NCBI GenBank assembly: GCA_020722645.1
Contig: DYKL01000001.1
Coordinates: 1-50,723 of the forward strand
DNA: 50,723 nt
Reading direction: 5' to 3'
Origin: Acetofilamentum sp.
GTDB taxonomy: Bacteria; Bacteroidota; Bacteroidia; Bacteroidales; JAFGUD01
Part shown: piece by piece, positions 1-9,790 of the stretch
Layout: every line of letters begins with the position of its first letter
How positions within the stretch are numbered: position 1 is the stretch's first letter
The notes under the pieces: model-generated
Told to the model about the DNA's origin: nothing
Databases searched by the model: none
Seen by the model: the letters and a program-made list of their open reading frames with translations, nothing else
Position numbers and translations under genes: made by a program

Positions 1-63
1 ATGAATTATGAATTATGAATGATGAATTATGAATTATGAATTATGAATGATGAATGTTGAATA
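1..63. repeat. Tandem heptamer array ATGAATT/ATGAATG (8 units plus 1 degenerate), cut by the window edge
   Basis: Direct reading: atgaatt atgaatt atgaatg atgaatt atgaatt atgaatt atgaatg atgaatg ttgaata. Confidence 0.9.
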
Positions 64-197
64 AAAAAATTGAATAGAATTTTACCAGATAATAAAAACA
101 TAAAAACAAGTAAAGGATAATTATTTTAAAAAAGAGATATTGAAATTTTAACGAACCGGAATTTTTAAAAACAACCTTAAAAAAACAAAAACAAATT

Positions 198-2951
198 ATG
201 TCAAAAAACAAATTTTTTATTTTAGACGCTTACGCATTGATTTTCAGAGCTTATTATGCATTTATTAAAAATCCCCGTTACAATTCAAAAGGGCTAAATA
301 CATCAGCGATATTCGGTTTTACAAACGTAATTGATGAAATAATAAAAAAAGAAAAACCGACTCACATCGCTGTTTGTTTTGATGCTCCGGCAGCTACATT
401 CAGAAAAGAAATTTATCCCGAATACAAAGCAAACAGAGAAGCAACACCTGAAGACATAAAAAAATCAATTCCTTACATTAAAGAAATACTCAAAGGGTTT
501 AAAATCCCCATATTTGAGCAAGAAGGATTTGAAGCAGACGATTTAGCGGGTTCATTAGCTAAAAAATTTTCAAACGAAAACTTTGATATTTTTCTGATGA
601 CATCTGATAAAGATTATCTGCAACTAATAGACGAAAACATCAAAATCTACAAACCACGCAAAAGTGCTACTGACGTTGAAATAATTGACATACCGGCATT
701 TCAGGAAAAATTCGGTTTAGAAAACCCTAAACAATTCATTGATGTTCTTGCACTTGCAGGCGACACAGCTGATAATATTCCGGGCATATCGGGTGTTGGA
801 GAAAAAACAGCATTAAAACTTCTTCAGGATTTTAAAAATATCGAAGGTATTTATCAAAACATTGACAAATTAAAAGGGAAACTTAAAGAAAAAATTGAAG
901 AAAATACTGAAGCACTAGAATTGTCTAAAAAACTTGTAATCATTAAAACAGATATTGAAATAAATATTTCAGAAGAAGAATTAAAACTGAAAGAACTCGA
1001 TGAAAAAAAATTAAGAAAAATTTTTGCTGAACTTGAATTTAGAAATACCGTTGATAGAATACTACAAAAACCAAAACCTGTACAACAAGATTTATTCGGA
1101 AACCTTTTAGCATCAACCGATACAATCAAAGACAATAAATTTTTGACGATAAAAGATATAAAACCCGATTATTCACTTGTAGAAACTGAATATGAATTAG
1201 AACTATTACTAAAATTACTCGAAAATTCAGAAGAATTTGCATTTGACACAGAGACAACTTCAATTGATCCGCACGATGCAGATTTAGTTGGTATGTCATT
1301 TTGCGCTGAAAAAAACAAAGCGTTTTATGTTCCTATTTCAAAAAACAGAGACGAAGCAATAAAAATCATTGAACGCTTTAAAAACATTTTGGAAAATGAA
1401 AAAATACACAAAATTGGGCAAAACATTAAATATGATTTAATTATGATGCTCAATTACGGTATTGAAGTGAAAGGTAAACTATTTGATACAATGGTTGCTC
1501 ATCATCTTTTAGAACCTGATTTAAAAAACAATTTGGATTATCTTGCAGAAACATATTTGGATTACAAAACTATTCACATAGAAGAATTAATTGGAGAAAA
1601 AGGCAAAAATCAGAGAAATATGAGCTCTTTGAGTCCCGAAAGAATAAAAGATTATGCAGCAGAAGACGCAGACATTACTTTTCAGTTAAAACAAATTTTT
1701 GCTGATAAAATAAAAAAAGAAGATCTTTTAAAGCTTTTCAATGAAGTTGAAATGCCTCTGATTTATGTACTTGCCCAAATGGAACATAACGGAGTGAAAA
1801 TTAACAGCAAATTTTTGAATAATTATCGCAATGAAATAGTAGAAAAAACTCTCGAAACAGAGAAAAAAATCTATGAATTTTCAGGTAATCAATTTAACAT
1901 TTCTTCGCCGAAACAATTAGGAGATATTTTATTTCAAAAATTAAAAATATCGGACAAACCAAAATTAACAAAAACAAAACAATATGCTACCGATGAAAAT
2001 GAACTTTTAAAATACAAGGATAAACACCCCATTGTTGAGACAATTTTGGAATATCGATCATTAAAAAAATTAATTACAACTTACATTGATGCATTACCAC
2101 AATTAATCAACAAACGCACAGGCAGAATACATACATCTTATAATCAAACAATTACAATAACAGGACGACTTAGTTCAAATAATCCAAATTTACAAAATAT
2201 TCCAATAAAAACCACAGAAGGAAGAGAAATCAGAAAAGCATTTGTGCCTGAGGAAGGATTAATTCTGATTGACGCAGACTATTCTCAGGTTGAATTGAGA
2301 ATAATGGCACATTTGAGCCAAGACCCGACTATGCTCGAAGCTTTTCAGAAAAACATTGACATACACTCACAAACAGCTTCAAAAATTTTCAAAGTTGAAT
2401 TAAATCAAGTAACATCTGAAATGCGACATCAGGCTAAAACAGCTAATTTTGCAATGATATATGGTTCTTCATCATTTGGACTGTCACAAAACTTAAATAT
2501 ACCGGTAACCGAGGCTAAAACTTTAATAGACAATTATTTTGCGACGTATCCCAAAGTAAAAGAATATATGGACAAAATGATAAAACAAGCCAGAGATACT
2601 CAAATTGTAACAACTCTTATGGGCAGAAAACGGCAGTTGAAAGATATAAACTCGCAAAATTCTTTAGTTCGCTCAAATGCCGAACATAATGCAATAAATA
2701 CACCTATTCAAGGCTCTGCAGCCGATATTATAAAACTTGCTATGATAAAAATTTCAAACAAAATAAAAGAACTTGGGCTGAAAACCAGAATGATTATGCA
2801 AGTTCACGATGAACTTACATTTGAATCGCCTATTGAAGAGAAAGAACAAGTATTGGAGTTGATTAAATACGAGATGGAAAATGCTTACATATTGTCAGTT
2901 CCTCTTTTAGTTGATATAAAATTCGGAAATAATTGGGCAGAAGCACATTAG
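198..2951 (+). CDS. polA: DNA polymerase I
   Basis: 917 aa. 5'-3' exonuclease N-terminus, 3'-5' exo block (FDTETTS), family A polymerase motifs (DYSQVELRIMAH, QVHDEL). Confidence 0.97.
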   Translation: MSKNKFFILDAYALIFRAYYAFIKNPRYNSKGLNTSAIFGFTNVIDEIIKKEKPTHIAVCFDAPAATFRKEIYPEYKANREATPEDIKKSIPYIKEILKGFKIPIFEQEGFEADDLAGSLAKKFSNENFDIFLMTSDKDYLQLIDENIKIYKPRKSATDVEIIDIPAFQEKFGLENPKQFIDVLALAGDTADNIPGISGVGEKTALKLLQDFKNIEGIYQNIDKLKGKLKEKIEENTEALELSKKLVIIKTDIEINISEEELKLKELDEKKLRKIFAELEFRNTVDRILQKPKPVQQDLFGNLLASTDTIKDNKFLTIKDIKPDYSLVETEYELELLLKLLENSEEFAFDTETTSIDPHDADLVGMSFCAEKNKAFYVPISKNRDEAIKIIERFKNILENEKIHKIGQNIKYDLIMMLNYGIEVKGKLFDTMVAHHLLEPDLKNNLDYLAETYLDYKTIHIEELIGEKGKNQRNMSSLSPERIKDYAAEDADITFQLKQIFADKIKKEDLLKLFNEVEMPLIYVLAQMEHNGVKINSKFLNNYRNEIVEKTLETEKKIYEFSGNQFNISSPKQLGDILFQKLKISDKPKLTKTKQYATDENELLKYKDKHPIVETILEYRSLKKLITTYIDALPQLINKRTGRIHTSYNQTITITGRLSSNNPNLQNIPIKTTEGREIRKAFVPEEGLILIDADYSQVELRIMAHLSQDPTMLEAFQKNIDIHSQTASKIFKVELNQVTSEMRHQAKTANFAMIYGSSSFGLSQNLNIPVTEAKTLIDNYFATYPKVKEYMDKMIKQARDTQIVTTLMGRKRQLKDINSQNSLVRSNAEHNAINTPIQGSAADIIKLAMIKISNKIKELGLKTRMIMQVHDELTFESPIEEKEQVLELIKYEMENAYILSVPLLVDIKFGNNWAEAH

Positions 2952-2971
2952 TTTAAAACAACAAAGAAGGA

Positions 2972-3532
2972 TTATAAATTTTCTTTATTCTGTACTTTTT
3001 TTTCGGCAAAATAACTGTATTTTTTAATCCATCTTGCCCATAACAAAAAAATCACGACATAAACTACAATTTTAAAAACATAATGATGATTAAAATCAAG
3101 ATATTCACGGCAGCAATAATCAGTTATAGTAAGCCCAAGTATACGTAAAATATTAAGAAAAAGAAATATAATTATACCGACAAAAATATACCATAATTTG
3201 TTAGAAAATTTTCCGGGGAAAGCTAAAATAAAGCCAACGAACAAGCCAAGAGTATTTCTTCCCAGACATCCTCTATCAACGTGAACTCCGTAACTTCCGA
3301 TTATTTTTATTGTTTTACCGTAAACTTCTATGCTGTATCCTGCAATACTTAAAATAACTTTTGATAAAAAAATTTGAATATTAGTCAAAATAAAAATTCC
3401 TTCTTCGTAAATATAATCAATAAACCATATATTTCGGAAAAGGTTATAAAAAAGAAGCCAAAAAGTTACAATTAAAGCAATATTTATTAAAAATTTTTTA
3501 AAAAATTTTGTATTAAGTTTTTTAAAATCCAT
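2972..3532 (-). CDS. Exosortase-family membrane protein, XrtF-like
   Basis: 186 aa, polytopic. Ordered Cys/Arg/His candidates typical of exosortases: VDRGCLGRN, NILRILG, FNHHY. Size and Bacteroidota context fit XrtF. Starts 5 nt after the upstream gene. Confidence 0.6.
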   Translation of the reverse strand: MDFKKLNTKFFKKFLINIALIVTFWLLFYNLFRNIWFIDYIYEEGIFILTNIQIFLSKVILSIAGYSIEVYGKTIKIIGSYGVHVDRGCLGRNTLGLFVGFILAFPGKFSNKLWYIFVGIIIFLFLNILRILGLTITDYCCREYLDFNHHYVFKIVVYVVIFLLWARWIKKYSYFAEKKVQNKENL

Positions 3533-3537
3533 AAAAA

Positions 3538-4353
3538 TTATTCTATTTTATCTTCTTCAACATTTAAAATTTTGAAACTTTCATCAAAGATAAAAGCAAC
3601 AACACTACAATTGTTGATATTCCATAAATTATTTACAGAATAATTATAAGTTTTTGTTTCGGTATTCAAACTATTTAAAACGACATCATCACCCCAAACA
3701 TTGCTGATTGCATCTCTAAAAACATTCATTTGTACATAATTTTCTATATAACCGGGAGCAACATCTGTGGCTTGTCTTGTAATAATACTGTCCTCCAAAA
3801 TAAAAACACATAATTTCAATTCTGATTTTAACTCGGACAAAGATAAAATATTTATAGAAATTTCTAAATTATTATCAGAAGAATTATAAAAATTATCTAA
3901 ATCTAATTTTATTAAAGGTTCTTCATCTATAACGTTAGTAACAGCATCTGCCCATGCTGTCTGTTGTAATAATGAATTTTTGCAATAATTATCGACCAAA
4001 CCAATAGGTATGGAATTGATTCCGAAAGTAGAAATTATCTCATTACCATCATCAGTCCTTAAATCAACTGTATATTCACCTATTGGATAAGCTAAACCGG
4101 TACCGTGAATAGCTACCGGTATTATTTTACAAGAATAAACATCTTGCAACTCATGAATTGTTTCATGAGCAGAAGGACAGTTAGTACATCTTATTCCGGT
4201 AAAATCAATTACTAAAACCTTTTTTACAGCAGTTTGTGTATCTATCTGATTACTGTTTAGAGTATCTGCTATATAATAATTATCGACTGGTATTATAATA
4301 TCACAGGAATATATAAAAAACAATATCAATGGTAAAAAAATTATTTTTTTCAT
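3538..4353 (-). CDS. Lipoprotein with thioredoxin-like CxxC domain (Omp28-related family candidate)
   Basis: Signal peptide with lipobox (FIYSC). VLVIDFTGIRCTNCPSAHE resembles a Trx-fold CxxC motif. Confidence 0.55.
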   Translation of the reverse strand: MKKIIFLPLILFFIYSCDIIIPVDNYYIADTLNSNQIDTQTAVKKVLVIDFTGIRCTNCPSAHETIHELQDVYSCKIIPVAIHGTGLAYPIGEYTVDLRTDDGNEIISTFGINSIPIGLVDNYCKNSLLQQTAWADAVTNVIDEEPLIKLDLDNFYNSSDNNLEISINILSLSELKSELKLCVFILEDSIITRQATDVAPGYIENYVQMNVFRDAISNVWGDDVVLNSLNTETKTYNYSVNNLWNINNCSVVAFIFDESFKILNVEEDKIE

Positions 4354-4383
4354 AACAAATATTTTAAACTGATTTTTAGAAAA

Positions 4384-6078
4384 TTAAAATGAGCTTGTTA
4401 AAGTAAACATAAAACCGTTTGTCGCCGGCATTGACCTACAAACACCACCGATACATACAACTCCTTCTCTTTGTCTTCCATAGCTTAACTGCAGACGAGT
4501 AGAATTGATTTTGTATCCAAAAGCAAAATTGTAGTAATGAGTTTCGTATTCAGGTCTTGGGTTTTTGTAATTATATTGGTCAGATAAAGAAAAAAACCAA
4601 TTAGGAGAAACATTATATTCACAAGCCGCCATTGCCCAATTACCCATATCCTGTTCAGAAAAAAGACCTTCAAGTTCAATTCTAATTGAATGTTTGTTTG
4701 AAATTTTATATGTAAAATCAGCAATTGCGATATTTGCGTAAACAGTTTTCATTTCGGGCTCACCGCGAAGTTTAGCATAGTCAAAAATCAAATTCTGATA
4801 AACAACAACAAATTTGAATTTCTTAGAAATTTTTCTGTCAATTTCCAAAGATATGTCCTGATAAAATACGTCATCATTAAATTTAAACACATCAGAAATA
4901 TAGCCGTTTGTTCCTTTTTGCCCGATAGAAATATCTGAACTAATTTGCTGCTTATAAATATTGTGCATTCGAGAATAATTCAGTCTCAGATTTGTACCAT
5001 ATTTTCCGCCAATAAAAGAGCCTTTTTTAATGTTGAAATTAATTTCTGAAGCAACTCCAACTTCACCGTTGTTTTGAGTCGCATAAGGATAAAAGGCAGG
5101 AAAAGCGTAAATATGATTTCTTGTAATATCAGGCAAATAATTTATATTCAAGTCGCTTAAAGTTGCAGTTCTGTCTGAACGAAAACCAAAATTATCAGTT
5201 CGTTTTAAAGCGACAATCATCCCAAAACCTTTGATAGAGTATGTTAAATTTAAAATAGTTGCATTTCCGGGCTTATAAATATATCCGTTTTCTGCACTTG
5301 GGTCATTAATTTTATAGGCATATTCAGCCGAAATAGCAAAAGGTTGTCTGACAATATTAAATCGACCGGAAAAAGCAGATACATTTTCAGGTATATCAAG
5401 TAAATATGTTGTATCATTTAAAGTAACATATTGAGCCTGTTCTTTTTGATACTTACTGACAAGGCTGAAACCGAATAGAATACTTGTTTTTGAATCTGCA
5501 AATGACTTAAATAAATCATTTAATGAAACTTCACTATCAAACCCTCGAATTAATCCTTTATTCAACACATTTGAATAACCGTTCTCATTTTTCGAAAATG
5601 CATATCTCTGACGTCCAATTATTGCGTTAAAATGCAAACAGGAAATGGGATTAAATTTAACCCTTAAGCCATCAATCGCATTATCATATCCGATGTATTT
5701 ATCTTCATAAGAACGAAATACAATACCATTTCCAAATTGTTCGTAGAAATTACCGACTGTAATATCAAAATTATCAGTATTATACTGAATAAATCGATAC
5801 GGGAAACCAAAACCATCATTTTTAGAATCATATCCCTGCAGCGTATTGAAGTAGCCTTCATATCTGACTCCTGCATTTATATTTTTGTAATTATATAAAA
5901 AATTGGCATAAGAATTAAGAAGCAGTTTTTCAGGAGCGTTGTCTGCTCCAATTAAAGTGTCTTTATTGTAAGTCTGAAGTGTTGTTTGGAAATTTCCTCT
6001 TATAGTTGCTCCTTCTTGTGAAAAAATATTTGTTGAAAGACAAAAACAAAATGCAATAAAAAATAAAAATTTTCGCAT
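4384..6078 (-). CDS. Outer-membrane beta-barrel protein of unknown function (DUF6029-like candidate)
   Basis: 564 aa. Cleavable signal peptide (..NIFSQ), alternating aromatic/Gly-rich strands, C-terminal Phe (TLTSSF). Confidence 0.6.
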   Translation of the reverse strand: MRKFLFFIAFCFCLSTNIFSQEGATIRGNFQTTLQTYNKDTLIGADNAPEKLLLNSYANFLYNYKNINAGVRYEGYFNTLQGYDSKNDGFGFPYRFIQYNTDNFDITVGNFYEQFGNGIVFRSYEDKYIGYDNAIDGLRVKFNPISCLHFNAIIGRQRYAFSKNENGYSNVLNKGLIRGFDSEVSLNDLFKSFADSKTSILFGFSLVSKYQKEQAQYVTLNDTTYLLDIPENVSAFSGRFNIVRQPFAISAEYAYKINDPSAENGYIYKPGNATILNLTYSIKGFGMIVALKRTDNFGFRSDRTATLSDLNINYLPDITRNHIYAFPAFYPYATQNNGEVGVASEINFNIKKGSFIGGKYGTNLRLNYSRMHNIYKQQISSDISIGQKGTNGYISDVFKFNDDVFYQDISLEIDRKISKKFKFVVVYQNLIFDYAKLRGEPEMKTVYANIAIADFTYKISNKHSIRIELEGLFSEQDMGNWAMAACEYNVSPNWFFSLSDQYNYKNPRPEYETHYYNFAFGYKINSTRLQLSYGRQREGVVCIGGVCRSMPATNGFMFTLTSSF

Positions 6079-6160
6079 AAAAATAGTTTAATTGTTTTTA
6101 AATACTTAAACAATTACACAAAATCATGTTGTGCAAGTTAATGTTTTATAGTTAATAGTT

Positions 6161-6679
6161 TTACTTATTTTCGGTCAATTCAAGCAGTATTTCATAATAT
6201 TTTTCCTCATCGCCTTCAGCATAAGCAGTATGTTCGTGAACAATATTACCTTGACCATCAATTATAAAAGTGTGAGGGACATCTACAACACCCATCGCAC
6301 GTTTGAAATCTGAATTTGCATCAAGTAAAACATCAAATTCCCATGCTTTGCCATTAACAAAAGGAGCCACATTGTTTGTACTACGAGAATCGTCAACAGA
6401 AACGATAAAAATTCGGACTCCTGTTTCTTCTTTCCAGTCAATATAATTTTCATCAAGAACCATAAGTTCTTTAATGCAGGGTTTACACCAAGTAGCCCAA
6501 AAATCCACAATAATAGGTGCCCCGTCATTTATAATCTGAGAAGTGTTAAAAACATTTCCTTCAATGTCTTTTATTTCAACACTTGGAATTTTTTTATAAG
6601 TTTTTGTTGTATCATTTTGTGAAAAACCAAAACTTACAGAAAAAATTAAAACAAATGAAAGTAAAAGCAAATTTCTCAT
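6161..6679 (-). CDS. TlpA/ResA-family periplasmic thiol-disulfide oxidoreductase
   Basis: 172 aa. Signal peptide and the WATWCKPC thioredoxin active site. Confidence 0.87.
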   Translation of the reverse strand: MRNLLLLSFVLIFSVSFGFSQNDTTKTYKKIPSVEIKDIEGNVFNTSQIINDGAPIIVDFWATWCKPCIKELMVLDENYIDWKEETGVRIFIVSVDDSRSTNNVAPFVNGKAWEFDVLLDANSDFKRAMGVVDVPHTFIIDGQGNIVHEHTAYAEGDEEKYYEILLELTENK

Positions 6680-6730
6680 AATCTACATTTTAAAATATTA
6701 ATATTCGAATTTTAAAAATTAGGACTTGGA

Positions 6731-6826
6731 TTAAAACCGTTGAAATTTCAGGTGCGGACACCTGAAATGTATGTAATACACGCTTTTGTCGGTGTCCCCA
6801 CCGACAAAATCAACAGGTTTAAAACC
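6731..6826. repeat. GC-rich double-hairpin palindromic element (element A), REP/MITE-like
   Basis: Hairpin A1 6745-6768 atttcaggtg-cgga-cacctgaaat. Hairpin A2 6784-6809 ttttgtcggtg-tccc-caccgacaaaa. Flanked by ttaaaacc at 6731-6738 and 6819-6826, and by an imperfect outer stem (aaaccgttga / tcaacaggttt). Confidence 0.75.
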
Positions 6827-6863
6827 AATATCTAAAAATTATTATCTAAAAGAACAAAGTTAT

Positions 6864-6871
6864 TATTTTTG
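6864..6871 (+). promoter_or_regulatory. Candidate Bacteroidota -7 box (TAnnTTTG) for dtd
   Basis: tatttttg, 39 nt upstream of the ATG at 6910. Confidence 0.4.
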
Positions 6872-6909
6872 TTGCACAGATAATTTTAAAATTTTAACAA
6901 AAAATTTAT

Positions 6910-7362
6910 ATGAAAACGATTATTCAGAGAGTTAATTTTGCAAAAGTAACAATAGAAAATGAAATTGTGGGAGAAATCTGTGAAGGTTTGTTAATTTTGG
7001 TTGGATTTGAAAATTCAGATACAGAAGAAGATATTGAGTGGATGGTAAAAAAAATTGTTGGTTTGAGAATTTTTAATGATAAAGAAGGCAAAATGAATCT
7101 TTCGATATTGGATATTGATGGAGAAGTTCTTATCGTAAGCCAATTCACATTACACGCAAACACAAAAAAAGGGAATAGACCTTCTTTCATAAAAGCCGCA
7201 AAACCCGAAATATCTATTCCACTTTACAATCAGTTTGTCAAAAAATTCAAAGACACAAATATAAGAAAGATTGCCACTGGTATATTCGGAGCTTATATGA
7301 AAATAAATTTTGAAAATGACGGACCAGTAACTATTATAATTGACAGTAAAAACAATGAATAG
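6910..7362 (+). CDS. dtd: D-aminoacyl-tRNA deacylase
   Basis: 150 aa. MKTIIQRV start, SQFTL and GPVT motifs, typical length. Confidence 0.93.
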   Translation: MKTIIQRVNFAKVTIENEIVGEICEGLLILVGFENSDTEEDIEWMVKKIVGLRIFNDKEGKMNLSILDIDGEVLIVSQFTLHANTKKGNRPSFIKAAKPEISIPLYNQFVKKFKDTNIRKIATGIFGAYMKINFENDGPVTIIIDSKNNE

Positions 7363-7572
7363 CTATTTTAACAAATCCTTAATTGTAATATAAATAGCAA
7401 CAAAAATAGAAATGCCGGCAAGTATAAGTGCAAAAACAGGAAAATTCAACTTGAATAATTTATCAAGTTGAATTCCTCCGAAAACACCAGTCCCAATTAT
7501 AACGAGCATTTGAACAGGAATATTCAAATATCTTCTGATACTTCTTTTATCGTCAGAATCTTTATTAGACAA
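7363..7572 (-). CDS. AtpZ/AtpI-like small membrane protein (start uncertain)
   Basis: C-terminal two-helix pattern YLNIPVQMLVIIGTGVFGGIQLDKLF..FALILAGISIFVAIY. I prefer the TTG at 7572, which overlaps the bactofilin stop (ATTGTCTAA). The ATG at 7668 would overlap bactofilin by about 100 nt. Confidence 0.5.
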   Translation of the reverse strand: MSNKDSDDKRSIRRYLNIPVQMLVIIGTGVFGGIQLDKLFKLNFPVFALILAGISIFVAIYITIKDLLK

Positions 7573-7939
7573 TTTCTGTGTTTTCTTTGTTAATATCCTC
7601 GCCCATTTTGCAAATTCCGTTAAATACAGCACCCGGTTCAATTGCAATTTTATTTGTAGAAATATCACCCTGAATTTTAGAAGTAGAATTAAGAGTTATG
7701 ATATCTTCTACGAATATTTTACCGATAATTTTGCCTGAAATATAAGCACTTTTGCAATAAACTTCACCTTTAATTTCTCCGGTTTCGCCTAAAACGAGTT
7801 TACTTTTTGAAACTAATTTACCTTCGAGTTTCCCATCTAATTTTATGTCATTTTCGGTTGTTAATTCACCTTTAAACTCAGTTGTCTGCTTAAAAAAATT
7901 AACATCATTGGGATTAGAAACAGGTTCTTTTTTAATCAT
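7565..7939 (-). CDS. Bactofilin-family polymer-forming protein
   Basis: 124 aa. Repetitive beta-helix pattern ([53 protein letters not shown]). Confidence 0.8.
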   Translation of the reverse strand: MIKKEPVSNPNDVNFFKQTTEFKGELTTENDIKLDGKLEGKLVSKSKLVLGETGEIKGEVYCKSAYISGKIIGKIFVEDIITLNSTSKIQGDISTNKIAIEPGAVFNGICKMGEDINKENTEIV

Positions 7940-9278
7940 TATTTATTATTTTAAAAGTTTCCAAAAATTTTGTTGTATATTGACCTTTAATAAATTCTTC
8001 ATTTTTCATTAATAATTTATGAAAAGGAATTGTCGTATGTACTCCTTCAATTACAAATTCATCTAAAGCTCTTTGCATTTTAGCAATTGCTTCTTGTCTT
8101 GTTGGAGCAACAGTTATAAGTTTTGCAATCATCGAATCATAAAAAGGTAAAATGTTATATCCGGCGTAAACATTAGTATCCACTCTAATTCCGTGACCAC
8201 CGGGCTGGTGCCAGATTTTTATTTCACCGGGAGATGGTCTGAAATTATTAAAAACATCTTCCGCATTAATTCGGCATTCTATAGCGTGTGCTTGTGGATA
8301 ATAGTTTTTCCCTGAAATACTAATCCCAGCAGCAATTTTTATTTGTTCTTTAATTAAATCGAAGTTTATAATCTCTTCTGTAACCGGATGCTCTACTTGA
8401 ATTCTGGTGTTCATTTCCATAAAATAATAATTTCTGTTTTTATCAACAAGAAATTCGATGGTTCCTACACCTTCGTAATTAATTGCTTTTACAGCTTTAA
8501 CTGCGGCTATGCCCATTTTTTCTCTTAATTCATCTGTAATAAAAGGAGACGGAGATTCTTCAACAAGTTTCTGATTTCGTCTTTGAATAGAACAGTCTCT
8601 TTCAGACAAATGACATGCCCTTCCATATTGGTCACCGGCAATCTGTATTTCGATATGATGAGGTTCTTCGATAAATTTTTCGATATATAAATCACCATTT
8701 CCAAAAGAAGCTAAGGCTTCTGCATTAGCATTTGTCCAGTTTTTTTCGAATTCTTCAGGTTTCCAGACCAAACGCATACCTTTGCCACCGCCACCGGCAG
8801 TAGCTTTAATCATTATAGGATACCCAATTCTATCAGCTTCTTTTTTTGCAAATTCAATATCTTTAATTATATCATCAGAGCCGGGAGCAATTGGAACACC
8901 GGCTTCAAGCATAGTTTTTCTTGCAGTGGCTTTGTCTCCCATTTTATCTATTTGTTCAGGAGTTGGTCCAATAAATTTAATACCTGCCTCAGTACAAATT
9001 TTTGCAAATTTTGAATTTTCAGAAAGAAAGCCATACCCCGGATGAATAGCGTCAGCATTTGTTAATTCAGCTGCTGATATAATATGAGGAATATTCAAAT
9101 ATGATTTATTGGTTTGTGCCGGTCCAATACAGACAGCCTCATCAGCAAATCTGACATGTAAAGAATTTTTATCTACCGTAGAGTAAACAGCTACTGTTTT
9201 TATTCCCATTTCTTTACACGTTCTAATAATCCGTAGAGCTATCTCACCTCTATTCGCAATTAATATCTTATTGAACAT
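7932..9278 (-). CDS. accC: Acetyl-CoA carboxylase biotin carboxylase subunit
   Basis: 448 aa. [19 protein letters not shown] start, ATP-grasp GGGGKGMR. Confidence 0.97.
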   Translation of the reverse strand: MFNKILIANRGEIALRIIRTCKEMGIKTVAVYSTVDKNSLHVRFADEAVCIGPAQTNKSYLNIPHIISAAELTNADAIHPGYGFLSENSKFAKICTEAGIKFIGPTPEQIDKMGDKATARKTMLEAGVPIAPGSDDIIKDIEFAKKEADRIGYPIMIKATAGGGGKGMRLVWKPEEFEKNWTNANAEALASFGNGDLYIEKFIEEPHHIEIQIAGDQYGRACHLSERDCSIQRRNQKLVEESPSPFITDELREKMGIAAVKAVKAINYEGVGTIEFLVDKNRNYYFMEMNTRIQVEHPVTEEIINFDLIKEQIKIAAGISISGKNYYPQAHAIECRINAEDVFNNFRPSPGEIKIWHQPGGHGIRVDTNVYAGYNILPFYDSMIAKLITVAPTRQEAIAKMQRALDEFVIEGVHTTIPFHKLLMKNEEFIKGQYTTKFLETFKIINND

Positions 9279-9281
9279 ATA

Positions 9282-9761
9282 TTACGGTTTAACAAGAAAT
9301 AAAACTTGGTCAAATTCGACAGGAGAAGCATCATTAACTAAAACATCAACAATTACACCTTCAATTTCAGATTCGATTTCATTAAATAATTTCATTGCTT
9401 CGATAATACAAACAACATCACCTTTTTTAATTGTTTGTCCTTTCTCCACAAAAGCAGGTTTATCAGGAGAAGGTTTTCGGTAGAAAGTACCTACCATCGG
9501 AGATTTTATTTTGATTAAATTTTCATTTTGAGACGATTGTTCTTTTATCGGTTCCAAGTATTCTTGCTTTGGAATATTCTGATTTATATGAGGTGAAGAT
9601 ATTTGAGGATTCATTAAAATTTGACCGTTATTTATATTATATTCAGGTTTTAACTGAACATTTATTTCAAAATTATCAGTTTTAATTTGTACTTTCTGGA
9701 TTTCTGTTTTTGCAATATTTTCTATAAAATCCTGTATTTCTTTAAGACTATTCATTTTCAT
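9282..9761 (-). CDS. accB: Biotin carboxyl carrier protein
   Basis: 159 aa. Biotinyl-lysine motif [13 protein letters not shown]. Lies 3 nt upstream of accC. Confidence 0.93.
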   Translation of the reverse strand: MKMNSLKEIQDFIENIAKTEIQKVQIKTDNFEINVQLKPEYNINNGQILMNPQISSPHINQNIPKQEYLEPIKEQSSQNENLIKIKSPMVGTFYRKPSPDKPAFVEKGQTIKKGDVVCIIEAMKLFNEIESEIEGVIVDVLVNDASPVEFDQVLFLVKP

Positions 9762-9779
9762 TTAATTTGAATTTTAAAC

Positions 9780-9787
9780 ACAAAATT
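9780..9787 (-). promoter_or_regulatory. Candidate -7 box (TAATTTTG on minus strand) for accB
   Basis: Plus-strand caaaatta, 19 nt upstream of the accB ATG. Confidence 0.4.
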
Positions 9788-9790
9788 AGA

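Noticed and set aside
1-63. CRISPR array, considered for this repeat and for the AACTTT repeats at 9961-9993 and 36261-36402
   Set aside because: The units are 7-9 nt with no spacers, and no cas genes are present. These are microsatellite or palindromic repeats.
854-1135. Antisense or out-of-frame ORFs embedded in well-supported genes. Examples: 854-1135 in polA, 8782-9045 in accC, 9271-9483, 15365-15632 in panC, 22989-23369 in the S41 peptidase gene, 25399-25734 in radC, 34780-35100 in folK, 36642-36953 in the HK gene, 42964-43185, 45696-45899.
   Set aside because: All lie opposite to, or out of frame with, genes that have strong family motifs. Their translations are low-complexity Ser/Phe/Ile/Leu-rich strings, as expected from AT-rich antisense sequence.
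7573-7668. Long version of the AtpZ-like ORF starting at the ATG at 7668
   Set aside because: It would overlap the bactofilin gene by about 100 nt, and the extra N-terminal residues look like out-of-frame translation. A TTG overlapping the bactofilin stop gives a protein of typical AtpZ size.
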